DNA of 64,000 bases. Origin: Octopus vulgaris (Eukaryota). A program made the position numbers and the translations under genes. Positions within the stretch are counted from its first letter, which is position 1. The number at the start of each line of letters is the position of its first letter. Below the pieces are notes generated by a model. That model was not told where the DNA came from. It did no database searches and saw only the letters and a program-made list of their open reading frames with translations. The stretch covers positions 16,864,001 to 16,928,000 of the forward strand of contig OX597823.1 of assembly GCA_951406725.2 (NCBI GenBank). The letters run 5' to 3'. Positions 1 through 12,575 of the stretch are shown in pieces.

Positions 1-348
1 TTGTTCAAGGATGCAGTGCATCACTCTGTCTAAGAATTGAACCCATGAACCTATGTTTGTGAACCCAACATCCTGAGCCTTCACAAAAGTTTAATAAATA
101 GCAAGAAATTGGTTTGTTATTATGAAATTAAACTGATTTTAGTTCAATAAATTTAAAATGGAATTTTTGAAAATTATGATTTAGAGTAAGAATTGTAATT
201 TTGGCAGAAAACACTTTTTTATGTTAGGGTGGGGTGAAGAATGTTCTGCCATCATAGAACCTCACAAAGAATGGTGCAAACAAGCTCCCTTTAAATGGGA
301 AAACTAAGTTCAAATGACTGCAGTACAGGAATTCTGCAATAGCATTAA

Positions 349-569
349 CCCTTTAGTGTTTAAACCAGCCAAATCCGGCCCAATATATTCTACATGTTTT
401 ATATTCAAACTGGCGATATCTAGCCTCTCACTCCTAACCTACAATGCCATTCTGAAAATAAACAATCACATCATTGAAACCTCAAAGCTATAAGATAATG
501 CATGATTAATTCAAAACAATTTGAGTGAAAAAGTATTACATTTAACAGAGTATTCTGAACACTAAAAGG
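349..569. mobile_element. TTAA-targeting MITE (piggyBac/Kolobok-type target site), 221 bp
   Basis: TTAA at 345-348 and 570-573; TIRs ccctttagtgtt / aacactaaaagg. The mirror arm has the empty site with a single TTAA (gctcaaagtttaatgctattgc, ~15719-15722). Confidence 0.9.
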
Positions 570-573
570 TTAA

Positions 574-791
574 ACTTTGAGCTACCATATTTCTGTTGAA
601 ATGCACTGCCATTGTCTATTAATTTTGGAAGTTGTGAAGAATTCATTTAAATAACTTTGTCATTATGAAGCTAATGTTTGGAACATGACATGAGATTTTG
701 ATGGCAGGTTTTACTTCAGATCATTTTAAAACAGGGAATGTCTATGATTCAACCAGGAGTGACGTTATTACATGGTTTGGGATCAAAAAGA
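574..791. mobile_element. Older degenerate TTAA MITE (family of 39793-40014)
   Basis: TTAA-bounded ~220 bp, collinear similarity with 39793-40014; present in both arms. Confidence 0.55.
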
Positions 792-1032
792 TTAAACCAA
801 GTGATAAATAAAGTCAACCACCCAAGAACAGGAACAGAAATGAACTCTACAACAAGCTACCACAGAATCCCCAACTATCCAGTTCCACTCTTTAGACTTT
901 AGCTGACCTGAGACTGTTGTACAAGACCCTAATCCAGGGTACCATACAGTAGAAACTGACCTGAAAACAAACCTCTTCATTATACACAGCCATATATAAT
1001 GATTGCAGAAATAAATAAATAAGAGAACTTAC

Positions 1033-1087
1033 AAAAGAAATGAGGTAAAACAAAGAATAAAATACTGCAATAGGAAAGAACTAGCAT
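1033..1087 (-). CDS. Signal-peptide coding exon of a putative divergently oriented gene/paralog (MLVLSYCSILFFVLPHFF; full exon 1033-1244)
   Basis: On the minus strand: gccATG...TTCTTTT|gtaagt donor and upstream acceptor ctttttctttacag. Identical to 15205-15259 except a synonymous CTT/CTA change. No downstream exons in the window. Confidence 0.6.
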
Positions 1088-1689
1088 GGCAGTAGATGGA
1101 ATGAATTGGATATTCTTGACAAATGGTAACTTTCCTTATATTCTTGAAATCTTTTGTAAACAGTGTTGATTAGAATTTCTAAATGTTTGTAGGCAGGAGT
1201 ATTATTAATTTCTTTATTTTCTTCTGTTTAACTGTATTTACAAACTGTAAAGAAAAAGGATAAAATTCTTGGGACTTCAAATTCTTAGGTTTTTGGGGGT
1301 TTTTTTTTTTTAATACATCAACAAAACTGAAAGTCTGACAGAGATCTGGGGATATATTTTTTAATGTTTGGCCAATATTATTGCATCTTAGCTTTTATAA
1401 TACATCGTCTGGCAGTTATGACAAAGATTTTTTATAACTGAACAATAGATAGAAACATACATATACATATATAGAATATCAGGAAAGTCAGGAGGTATGA
1501 GATGGAGATATTTATGTCACCAGTTGATATCTATAGGATGACAATCGTTTCACAAACAACATCATGAGGAAATGATTTACTTTAATGTATAATAAAATAT
1601 TTTACATGTCTGCACTTTTGTGCATGTTATAAATTACATAGTACTATTGTACATTTGACAAACAAATGCAGGTATAGAAGGCTTGCTCA

Positions 1690-2250
1690 TCAGATCAGCA
1701 GCATGCCATGGTTACATCCATTTTTCAACTTTAATATACACCTGTCACAGCTCCCAACTACTCTTTGCATACTCTGCCTGGTATAATATGTCACCCAGGA
1801 CAGGACAGGCTGAGGAGTCAGTGCCACACAGGGCAATATTCAAGTATGAGGGGAGACATCCATGTACTGCATCGCCGCATCTCGTAGAAGAGAAAGAGCA
1901 TGCCTTTGTGCAAGTCAGGGAAGAAGTCAACCCCCAAATGCACGGTGCACATCATAGTGGGAAAAGGGGACAATAACCTCTGTGAATTCTAGGAACAATG
2001 TGTCTGTTGATGGCATGCCACAACATGTTTTGGATGTGTGCAGGTAGATGGAGCCAACAATAATGGACAAGAGGACAAAGCCAGCAGCAACATGCCAGGA
2101 ACTGAGGCCAGTCCTGAAGTCCCATGGCGGTCACAGAGGGACCGGTGCCCTCCTCACTGGTTGGCTGATTATGAGACAAGTTAAGGCATGTCGTAAGGGT
2201 TGAGGAGAGGATGTGGGCAGGTTGGTTGAATGATCTTCCTGAGTGCTATA
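1690..2250 (+). mobile_element. Possible L1/Tx1-type ORF2 C-terminal remnant (mirror ~14030-14600)
   Basis: GC-richer block; SPRTGQAEESVPHRAIF resembles a decayed C-x2-C...E-(S/T)-x2-H zinc knuckle. Weak. Confidence 0.3.
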
Positions 2251-3121
2251 AGCATCACCATCAATTCATAGTCAGAGGCCTGGCTGTGCAGTAAAGAAGT
2301 TTGTTTCCCAACCACTTGGTTTTGAGTTCAGTCCCACTGTGTGACACCTTGGATAAGTGTCATCTACTTTAGCCTTGAGATGACCAATGTCACCTTGTCA
2401 ACAAAGGAAACTGCATGAGTGTATGTGTGCGTCTGTGTGCGCATATTAACTTCTCTTCACCATCCACTTTCACTTGCTTGCATCATGGCTCAGAGAGAAT
2501 CTACTGGGGCAGATTCTGTATGACTGGATGTCTTTCTTGTAGCCAAACAAAGCCTTGTTAAAGGATTTGGTGCAGAGAAACTGAAGGAAGCCTTGAGTAC
2601 ACATACACGCATATAACAGACATACATATTGCATAGTGGGGTAATAACTCGCTGACATTTTTGGGCCGTTGTTAATCACGTGTGTGATGTCTTTCAAAGA
2701 AATATGGCATAATCTACATTTACAGTTGTATCTTGTAACTCCAACGGCTTCACTGTCTCTTTTGTTAATTAGATATTTAGTTGGCAGTTTCCTGTTCTTG
2801 GACTGTAAATGTACAGCCTTTGAAGTATGATGTGACATAGACATCATGAGTTCTAAAGAGGCTTTGCTTCGTGTCAATATTACTATCTTCTTCGAGTCTA
2901 CAAGAAACATATCCATGTATGGTCTTTTTTTTGGTATGCTGAGTCTTTTCATCTTCAGGTCTTCTTTAAGGTATCCGAAATCCAGCTGATTTGGGGTTGT
3001 ATGGGAGGTCATCACGAAGAGAGTACTTCCTGAGGAGCTCCATTCCAACACATGGGATGTTGTTTACTTCACTTTTCAGCTCTAAGTTAATGTATTTGTT
3101 TTTGTTGTTTAGCAAGTGCTG

Positions 3122-3124
<3 letters not shown>

Positions 3125-3170
<46 letters not shown>
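3125..3170. repeat. (GA)n microsatellite
   Basis: Read directly. Confidence 0.98.
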
Positions 3171-3173
<3 letters not shown>

Positions 3174-3476
3174 TGTGCGACATTCAAAAGCTGTCTGCAC
3201 TGACCTCCAGCTCCTACTTCCTTTATCTCTTCTTAGGTAGAACCTGTTGATATCACTATTTTTGTGGAGATTTCCAGTTGATGTGAGAATCATGAAGGTT
3301 TTAATGTCTATGGAATGGATTTCATCTACAGACCAGTAAAATATTCCAAATATTGGAATCAGCACTGGTACTGTAAATGCATTGTGGGATATTAACTTGT
3401 TGTAAGAGGAGAGTTGAGACTGCCACATTTTCCTTGGTCTTGTGTTCTTGGGTCCCTCTATCTTTATTCACAGTAA

Positions 3477-3863
3477 GCAGAGGCGCAATGGCCCAGTGGT
3501 TAGGGCAGCGGACTCGCGGTCGTAGGATCGCGGTTTCGATTCCCAGACCGGGCGTTGTGAGTGTTTATTGAGCGAAAACACCTAAAAGCTCCACGAGGCT
3601 CCGGCAGGGGATGGTGGTGATCCCTGCTGTACTCTTTCACCACAACTTTCTCTCACTCTTACTTCCTGTTTCTGTTGTACCTGTATTTCAAAGGGCCGGC
3701 CTTGTCACTCTCTGTGTCACGCTGAATATCCCCGAGAACTACGTTAAGGGTACACGTGTCTGTGGAGTGCTCAGCCACTTACACGTTAATTTCACGAGCA
3801 GGCTGTTCCGTTGATTCGGATCAACCGGAACCCTCGTCGTCGTAACCGACGGAGTGCTTCCAG
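3477..3863 (+). mobile_element. tRNA-derived SINE, family 1
   Basis: A box TGGCCCAGTGG, B box GTTTCGATTCC; 11-bp TSD attcacagtaa (3466-3476, 3864-3874); near-identical to 12184-12575. Confidence 0.93.
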
Positions 3864-4508
3864 ATTCACAGTAACTTGGTAGGATATATTTTCATGAATG
3901 CCAAGGTACCTGTAGTATTCTTTGTGTGAAAGAGGAGAGATAGTGAAACCATTGATGCACAGGTTTTGTGTCTGGGAGACTGATTTCCCCTGTTCAACAA
4001 TTAAATAAGAACATTTCCTCTGACCAAATTCCATTCTTATGTCTGCTGAAAATGTTGCTATTAATTCCAATTGTTTTTTGGCATTGTTAACATTTTTAGC
4101 ATAAATCTTGAGGTCATCTATATGCAGACCCTAGCATGTCATAAATAACAGTGACAAACGAAAAATACAGCGCTGATAGTTGTTGACAAACAACATTCAG
4201 CTGAATACACGTCATTGATTGGTTGAAATTACCGAAATACGACAACTTTAAGGTAAAATAACTTCGTAAATATAAGTTTTTCTCAAAAACGCTAAGAGTA
4301 AAAGATGTTTTATATGACACATTCTATCAGTGTCCGAAGTTTGAAAGTGTTTAGTTACAAATAATTTTTTTTTTTAATCTGTAGGTCAAAAGGTAAAGAT
4401 CCAAATGCTCTCTCCCTTGGTTTTTCGGTTTAAAGAAATTGGCCAAAATCGATCGGAGTGTGATGGGGAGGAATGGGGGTGGTCTGCAAATAAATTTTCG
4501 GCGGAGGT

Positions 4509-4978
4509 AAAGAATATGCACACCACCCGTTTTCGGCGTAACAAAAACTCTAACCCTAAAACTAACTTTACCGGGTGTGCGTATTCTTTACGACAAACTT
4601 TCAAAAATAGTTTTTGCTTCGTGAAAAGATGTCCCACCATGTAAATATTTTTCGAAGGCTGTGGTGAAATGAAAAATGAGTAGTTTCAATTTATTTGGTC
4701 TTCTTGATCCAAAACTCCGTTTTTTCGAAACTCCTCTCCCTACCCCAGCTGAAAAAAATTCCCCACAAATTCCTTTATGTTGTTTGAAAGGTATTTGTAT
4801 AAAATTTCATTTCGTATGTATTTTCCAAAACTCCTCTCCCCAGGCCCATCGGAAAAATCTTTCTCACAAATCCCTATATACTCTGATTCCCAGCTCCTAA
4901 GCGGTATTTGTTGAAAATTTTGTTAAAAAGTATCCGTTTTTCTGGAGGTTATGAAGTAACAAAATAGGTGGGGTGCAT
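4509..4978. repeat. Non-autonomous DNA-element-like repeat, inverted partner at 10913-11382
   Basis: Ends atgcacaccacc / ggtggggtgcat; internal sequence matches the reverse complement of 10913-11382 (shared pseudo-ORF MSSFNLFGL.DPKLRFFETPLPTPA). Confidence 0.8.
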
Positions 4979-5084
4979 ATCTGTAGGTATGCCTATATAT
5001 ATATAATTCATATATTAAAATTAATCAATTAAAACCAGTGGCTTAGCATATTTAAAAAAAACCGAAGTTTAAAAACTGTGTTAC

Positions 5085-5290
5085 ATACAAAATTTAGAGG
5101 ACTGACCGCTAAAAGTGGACAGCCTATATGCTAAACATAGACGTCAAATCGCCATTACCACGAAGAATGTGTTCTCAAGAAGTTTCAGCAAAAAAACCAA
5201 AATGTAAAAATAACAAGACAAATGATTTGACGTTTTTGCTTAACATATAGACTGCCTACTTTAGTGGTCAGTCCTCTAAATTTTGTGTGT
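5085..5290. repeat. Imperfect foldback, ~65 bp arms
   Basis: caaaatttagaggactgaccgctaaa...gacgtcaaatc vs gatttgacg...tttagtggtcagtcctctaaattttg. Confidence 0.8.
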
Positions 5291-5318
5291 GTATATATAT
5301 ATATATATATAGGGCAAA

Positions 5319-5737
5319 CTTTCGTCTCTAGTAGACCTTTCCGTCGGTTTCCGTAAAAAAAATTTTTTTTTTTACATATGGGCTTGCGGGAACTTTTGAA
5401 GTAATGAGAGCGAAAGAGACTAAGAGAAAGCGATTGTATGACGAGGGAAGTTCTTTTGAAGTTACCGTGCATGGGAAGCATTGATGTACATGTGTGTGTG
5501 TGTGTGTGTGTGTTTGATGGGGTGTGGGAGACAGACAGTATGTTGTGTAAGTGAAGTGCTTCTGTTAGTGTGTGTGAAGAGACAGAGTAATGTGTGAAAG
5601 AGAGAGATAACTGAAATTTTTTACTCGGTGTATGTGTATATGTATGTATATTACTTCAAAAGTTCCCGCAAGCCCATATGTAAAAAAAAAAAAAATTTTT
5701 ACGGAAATCGACGGAAAGGTCTACTAGAGACGAAAGA
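5319..5737. mobile_element. Foldback/MITE with ~85 bp TIRs, in TA-rich context
   Basis: ctttcgtctctagtagacctttccgtcg...gggaacttttgaagtaat vs attacttcaaaagttccc...cgacggaaaggtctactagagacgaaag. Confidence 0.85.
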
Positions 5738-6257
5738 TCTCCATATATAGTTATTATGGAGATGTACTTGGTTAGCAAGTGACTTGACCTGAGATCGATC
5801 TGTGTGCTGGAACAGAAGCAATTGCGGCTTGGAAGATGTCTGTAAGCCATTATTTAAGAACACACAAAAACCGTTAGATTCACTTTTAACGTTTAAACTT
5901 AATTTGTGTGAAAATATTTTCGTCTGTTTGAAACCACGATCTGTTTCCTGACAAATGCGCGCGTGTGTGTATGTATGTTTATGTACTGATATGTGTGTAT
6001 GTTCAAGTTGTGTATATATATATATAAACTGTTACACTGTCGAAGGTGCAATGTCTTACATATACACATGCAAATATAAACCTACCTATACACATGTACA
6101 AGCACACGCAATCATATAAACGCGTTTACACACGCATATAGGTATAATCTTATCTACATATGTCTATTTTCACATACAACGTTTAAACACATATACACAC
6201 ATACATACTTACGTACATGCGTATGTGCATGCATATATCTTCTTCTTTATATATAAA

Positions 6258-6640
6258 CTAGCAGTATCGCCCGGCGTTGCTCGGGTTTGTAAGGGAAATA
6301 ACTATATATGCATTTTTAGAGAGTTATAGCCAAAAAGTAGCAAAAAAATGCATTAAAAATGGGAAAAAAATGATGGTGAATTTTTTAAAAAATCGTTGAC
6401 TCATCGTAGACATTTTTAGAGTTACTTCCTTTATATAAAAGCGAAAAAATGCATTAAAATGAAAAAAATGATGGTAAATTTTTTAAAATCGTAGACTCAT
6501 CATAGACGCGCGCTAATACCCAGAAGGGCTCGATATGAATCACGACTATAAGATACCCGGTTTTGGTTAAACTGCACCGCAAAATGTGGGAGTAGTTAGA
6601 AATCTAAATCGTAGGAGACAGACAGCACACAACCTCTCTT
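6258..6640 (-). mobile_element. Non-autonomous Helitron
   Basis: Minus-strand 3' end: hairpin cccgagcaacgccggg followed by CTAG; body matches the other copies. Confidence 0.9.
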
Positions 6641-6642
6641 CT

Positions 6643-7679
6643 TCTATATATATAAAAGTGAAGTTGTGTGAGTGTCTGTCTCCTACGATTTAGATTCCTA
6701 ACTACTCCCACATTTTGCGGTGCAGTTTAACCAAATTCGGGTATCTTATAGTCGTGATTCATATCGAGCCCGTCTGGGTATTAGCGCGCGTCTACGATGA
6801 GTCTACGATTTTACAAATAATTTACCATAATTTTTTTCCATTTTAACGCATATTTTTTTCCCTCCCTCGTGAAGCTGTGGGGAAGGGAGTGTAAGGAAAT
6901 CAACGTCGTAAAGCGTTGTCAAGGAGACCAGCGTTCTATTAGAACAACGACTTCATGGCTTGAAGACACCAAAACAGAAATGGCTAAGAAAGCCCGAAAG
7001 CAAATTCTACAAACTTTTTAAGGCAATATTGTATGGCGATGGTACTTGTGAAATATGGTAATGGATTTAGTAGCCAAAAGGAGAGAGCAGAGGCATAGTA
7101 TGGTGGTGGTGGAGGCGGTGGTAGTGGCAGCGGTGGTGGCGGTGGTGCTGGTAGTGGTGATGGTGGTCGTGGTCGTGGTGGTGATGTTGTTGTTGGTGGT
7201 GGATGTCGTGGTGGTGGGGGTGGTGATGATGGTGGTGGTGGTCGTCGTTGTGATGATGGTGGTGGTCATGGTCATGGGCGTAGTGGTGGTGGTGGTCATG
7301 GTGGTAGTGGTGATGGTGTTGGTCGTGGTGGTGGTGGTGGTGGTGGTGGTGGCTGAAGCTGTCGTCTGGGTTCTTCCAATTTTTTCGTGTGTCGGTGGCG
7401 GCGTTGGCGTTCATGCTCGCACCTGCACCTGTGTAGCTCCTCCCCTTCTTCCCTCCCTCGTGAAGCTGTGGGGAAGGCAGGGTAGGGAAATCAACGTCGT
7501 AAAGCGTTGTCAAGGAGACCGGCGTTCTTTTAGAACAACGACTTCATGGCTTGAAGTCGCCAAAACAGAAATCGCTAAAAAAGCTGAAACAGATCCACAA
7601 AAACGGCAAAAACCGCCACACAGGGCAGGTTTCTTGTGCAAACAATTTGCACAACCGAATGTTTTAGTTGTTGCACAAA
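6643..7679 (+). mobile_element. Helitron 5' portion with internal ~130 bp direct repeat flanking a (GGT)n-rich tract
   Basis: Starts TCTATATATATAAAAGTG; 6858-6990 repeated at 7450-7580; (GGT/GAT)n at 7100-7352. Confidence 0.75.
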
Positions 7680-8062
7680 TCTTTATATATAAAAGTGAAG
7701 TTTTGTGTCTGTCTCCTACGATTTAGATTCCTAACTACTCCCACATTTTGCGGTGCAGTTTAACCAAAACCGGGTATCTTATAGTCGTGATTCATATCGA
7801 GCCCTTCTGGGTATTAGCGCGCGTCTACGATGAGTCTACGATAAAAAAAAAATTACCATCAATTTTTCCCATTTTTAATGCATTTTTGGCATATATAAGG
7901 GAAGTAACTCTCTGAAAATTTATTATTAAATCTCAGAACGTAAAAAGCTACAGTAACACCCCCCCCCTTTGTGGTTAGCCATATTGAGATGGCTATTATA
8001 CTTTACATCTCTAAAAATGCTTATATAGTTATTTCCCTTACAAACCCGGGCGATACAGCTAG
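7680..8062 (+). mobile_element. Non-autonomous Helitron
   Basis: a|TCTTTATATATAAAAGTG ... cccgggcgatacagCTAG|t. Confidence 0.92.
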
Positions 8063-8266
8063 TATGCATATATTACTGTTACTTTCTCAGTTGCAGCTTC
8101 AAGTTCAATCAGTGAAGAGGTCGCAGTTTCAAAGCGAAGAAAATATGTTGACACCAATTCAATTTAAATGTTGAAGTGAAACTAACGGGGTTTTTTTGTG
8201 TCCTTAAATGGCTTACAAACATTTTCCACGCTGCAATTGTTTACACACATATATATATATATATAA

Positions 8267-8663
8267 CTAGCAGTATCGCCCGGCGTTGCTCGGGTTTGTA
8301 AGGGAAATAACTATATAAGCATTTTTAGAGAGTTATAGCCAAAATATAGCAAAAATATGCATTAAAAATGGAAAAAAATTATGGTAAATTTTTTTTTAAA
8401 TCGTTGACTCATCGTAGACATTTTTAGAGAGTTACTTCCCTTATATAATAGCGAAAAAATGCATTAAAATGGAAAAAAATTATGGTAATTTTTTTTTTAA
8501 ATCGTAGACTCATCGTAGATGCACGCTAATACCCAGAAGGGCTCGATATGAATCACGACTATAAGATACCCGCTTTTGGTTACACTGCACTGCAAAATGT
8601 GGGAGTAGTTAGGAATCTAAATCGTAGGAGACAGACACACAACTTCTCTTTTATATATAAAGA
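8267..8663 (-). mobile_element. Non-autonomous Helitron
   Basis: Minus strand: 5' TC, 3' hairpin + CTAG. Confidence 0.92.
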
Positions 8664-8675
8664 AGATATAATGTA

Positions 8676-9680
8676 TGTGTAAGCCATTTAAGAACACACA
8701 AAAACCGTTAGTTTCACTTCATTATTTAAATTGAATTTGTGTCAAAATATTCTCGTCGCCTGTACCTTTTACTGAACAGATGTGTTTTTCTGTTGCTCCC
8801 GTTTAATTGTAGGTTTTCACTTTGGGGATTACCGTTGGGTTTTTTTTTAACTATTATACAACTTTTGCTGTTTTCTATGTCTTTTGGCCACATTGCCTGC
8901 TCAAGCATGTTCGTTTTTTGTGCGAATTCCCCCTGTACAAAATTTTTTACGCCATCAGTACAACAGGGAAGTTGACGTCTCCCAATATGTAATTCCAGAC
9001 TTGTTGGAGGAATTGTGCAAACATATGTGTTACACATATTCTTTTCCATTTTTCCAACCCGGGCGTGGATCTAGTACGGTTGATCGTGGGAATTTTCCGA
9101 GCCCCCTCCCCTTTGTCAGCGCGATTTTTTTTCGTCATATTCCTTCAATATACGATGCCTTACACCTGTTACACATATTCTTTTCCATTTTTCCCACCTG
9201 GGCGCGGATCTATATATTAATCCAAATGTTACCCTCCGATTTTGCCAAACGAAGGCAGAGAAAAACCTACCAGAAAATGATAAAACCGTTGGCTGACTCG
9301 CACTGTTTCTCTAGTGACGTCGGCCACGGACGCCTAAGTTCATTTTCCCATTTACCATTTTGCGTTTCAATTCGGAGATCGGTTTTATCATTTTCTGGTA
9401 TGTTTTTCTCTTCCTTCGTTTGGCAAAATGGGAGGGTAACGCTTGTTTGCACAATTCCTCCAACAAGTCTGGAATTACATATTGGGAGACGTCAAAAGAC
9501 ATAGAAAACAGCAAAAGTTGTAAAATAGTTAAAAAAAAAAAAAAAACCCAACGGTAATCCCCAGAGAAAACCTACAATTAAACGGGAGCAACAGAAAAAC
9601 ACGTCTGTTCAGTAAAAGGTACAATTTAAATAATGAAGTGAAACTAACCGTTTTTGTGTGTTCTTAAATGGCTTACACAC
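8676..9680. repeat. Central nested inverted repeat
   Basis: 8676-8885 and 8972-9022 match rc 9445-9680; innermost 9228-9288 matches rc 9380-9440; short direct repeat 9027-9072/9167-9212. Confidence 0.9.
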
Positions 9681-9689
9681 ACATTATAT

Positions 9690-10309
<620 letters not shown>

Positions 10310-10310
<1 letters not shown>

Positions 10311-10684
10311 ATATGTTTGTAAGCCATTTAAGAACACACACACAAAAAACCCCCGTTAGTTTCACTTCAACATTTAAATTGAATTGGTGTCAACATATTT
10401 TCTTCGCTTTGAAACTGCGACCTGTTCACTGATTGAACTTGAAGCCGCAACTGAGAAAGTAACAGTTAATTCATGATATATATGCATGCACATACGCATG
10501 TACGTACGTATGTATGTGTGTATATGTGTTTAAACGTTGTATGTGAAAATAGACATATGTAGATAAGATTATACCTATATGCGTGTGTATACGCGTTTAT
10601 ATGATTGCGTGTGCTTGTACATGTGTATAGGTAGGTTTATATTTGCATGTGTATATGTAAGACATTGCACCTTCGACAGTGTAA

Positions 10685-10744
<60 letters not shown>

Positions 10745-11382
10745 TAAATGTTGAGGTGAATCTAACGGTTTTTGTGTGTTCTTAAACGGCTTACAGACAT
10801 CTTCCAAGCTGCAATTGCTTCTGTTCCTGCACACAGATCGATCTCAGGTCAAATCACTTGCTAACCAAGTACATCGCCGTAAGAAATAAATAAATCCATC
10901 CATCCACGTATGTATGCACCCCCACCTATTTTATTACTTCGGAACTTTCGGAGTATATAGGGATTTATGGGAAAGATTTTTCCGGGGGGGGGGTTGAGGA
11001 GAGGTGTTTCGGAAAATACACACGATCCGAATTTTTACCCTCATAACCTTCAGGAAAATGGATATCTTTGAATGAAATATACAAATACCTTTCAAACAAC
11101 ATAAAGGAATTTGTGGGGAAATGTTTTTTTCCCGCGGGGGTAGGGAGAGGAGTTTCGAAAAAACGGAGTTTGGGATCAGGAAGACCAAATAAATTGAAAC
11201 TACTCATTTTTCATTTCACCAAAGCCTTCGAAAAATATATACATGAAGTGCATCTTTTTACGAAACAAAAACTTTTTTTGAAAATTTGGTGAAGGTAAAG
11301 AATACGCACACCCGGTGTTTAGAGCTAGTTTTAGGGTTAGGGGTTTTGTTACGCTGAAAACGGGTGGTGTGCATATTCTTTT
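10310..11382. repeat. Right inner palindrome arms (partners of 5757-8245 and 4509-4978)
   Basis: Reverse-complement matches listed under the partner features. Confidence 0.85.
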
Positions 11383-12183
11383 CTCCCAGTCGGGCAACGG
11401 CTTTGGCGGGTGTACTACCTTGTCTTTCTATAGAGGGTTAGTAGAATTCAAGTTTCCTGGGAGAAACCCTAGGTTTCGACGAAGATCAACTATTGTGAAG
11501 AACATTCGGGCCGGGGCCTATGGGTAATTACCAGAAGTCTTTGTCCTAGCAATGTTAGAAAGGTGACTGAACTCTGGGCTTATGTCAAACACCTGCTGTC
11601 GCATTCGAGAAGAGTACAACTGTCGAGCGAATCTGTAATTAAGATCGTTCTGCCGACCTCTCTGAATAGGGAGGAGCGAGCTTGTTTTCTCTCGATAGTT
11701 GCTGTTGCGAAAGAGGTAGTATGGAAGACGTGAGTGAAAGGAATTGCGACAGGCATATTTCTCTCCAGCCTCGACTTAATTAACAGTTTCGTTTTCCACT
11801 TGAAACGAAAAATAAGGTTGGAGAAGAAATGCCCGTCGCAAAGCGTGTTTCGGAAAAGATGGAAGTCAGTAGCAAGTATGTTGCGAGTGAAAGAACCTGA
11901 TTAAGCGGGTACAAATACAGGAAAAAACAAATTCTTCAGTGTGAGAATGTGGTTTGCGGGGTCGACCGCGTCCTCCGCTTCATTTCTTTGTTAATCATTC
12001 ATTCTCATTTAATTGTATATATTTAGAATAGTTTATTCATACGCTTCGTCCCATTCGATCCCCTAACCCCATTATTTGTTTTGTCTATCCTCGTATCGTT
12101 CCCTCTTTCTTAACCTTATATAGTGAATAAAGAAATTGACTTTTTTTTTAACCTGGATTCATTTGTAGTTTAGCATTTCGCTT

Positions 12184-12575
12184 TGTGGAGGCGCAATGGC
12201 CCAGTGGTTAGGGCAGCGGACTCGCGGTCATAGGATCGCGGTTTCGATTCCCAGACCGGGCGTTGTGAGTGTTTATTGAGCGAAAACACCTAAAAAAGTT
12301 CCACGAGGCTCCGGCAGGGGATGGTGGTGATCCCTGCTGTACTCTTTCACCACAACTTTCTCTCACTCTTACTTCCTGTTTCTGTTGTACCTGTATTTCA
12401 AGGGGCCGGCCTTGTCACTCTCTGTGTCACGCTGAATATCTCCGAGAACTACTTTAAGGGTGCACGTGTCTGTGGAGTGCTTAGCCACTTACACGTTAAT
12501 TTCACGAGCAGGCTGTTCCGTAGATTCGGATCAACCGGAACCCTCATCATCGTAACCGACGGAGTGCTTCCAACA
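12184..12575 (+). mobile_element. tRNA-derived SINE, family 1
   Basis: 12-bp TSD agcatttcgctt (12172-12183, 12576-12587); A and B boxes. Confidence 0.93.

Larger units (their letters stand above)
242..2797. repeat. Left arm of inverted segmental duplication (partner 13489-15825)
   Basis: Reverse complement matches 13489-15825 throughout. Ends: tgttctgccatcatagaacc vs ggttctatgatgacagaaca, and ttggcagtttcctgttc vs gaacaggaaactgccaa. Mirror ORFs 792-980/15312-15500 and 1683-1976/14309-14602 differ by only a few residues. Confidence 0.97.
2640..4116 (-). mobile_element. Non-LTR retrotransposon remnant, RLE type (R4/Dong/NeSL-like RT + CCHC)
   Basis: Fragments DLKIYAK, FSADIRMEFGQRKC, YRYLGIHE, AFTVPVLIPIFGIFYWS, RFYLRRDKG, CRLCH...ITHVINNGPKM; frameshifted, interrupted by a SINE and (GA)n. 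Confidence 0.8.
5757..8245. repeat. Inner palindrome arm (5757-6237 + 8063-8245, split by Helitrons), inverted partner 10310-10878
   Basis: 5760-5890 matches rc 10745-10876; 6025-6237 matches rc 10478-10690; 8070-8222 matches rc 10310-10468. Order is conserved. Confidence 0.88.

Noticed and set aside
3481-3555. tRNA gene
   Set aside because: tRNA-like head continues into a SINE body with a TSD and recurs at 12188; no clean acceptor stem.
7018-7726. Val-, His- or Thr-rich ORFs
   Set aside because: Translations of a (GGT)n-type microsatellite inside a Helitron.
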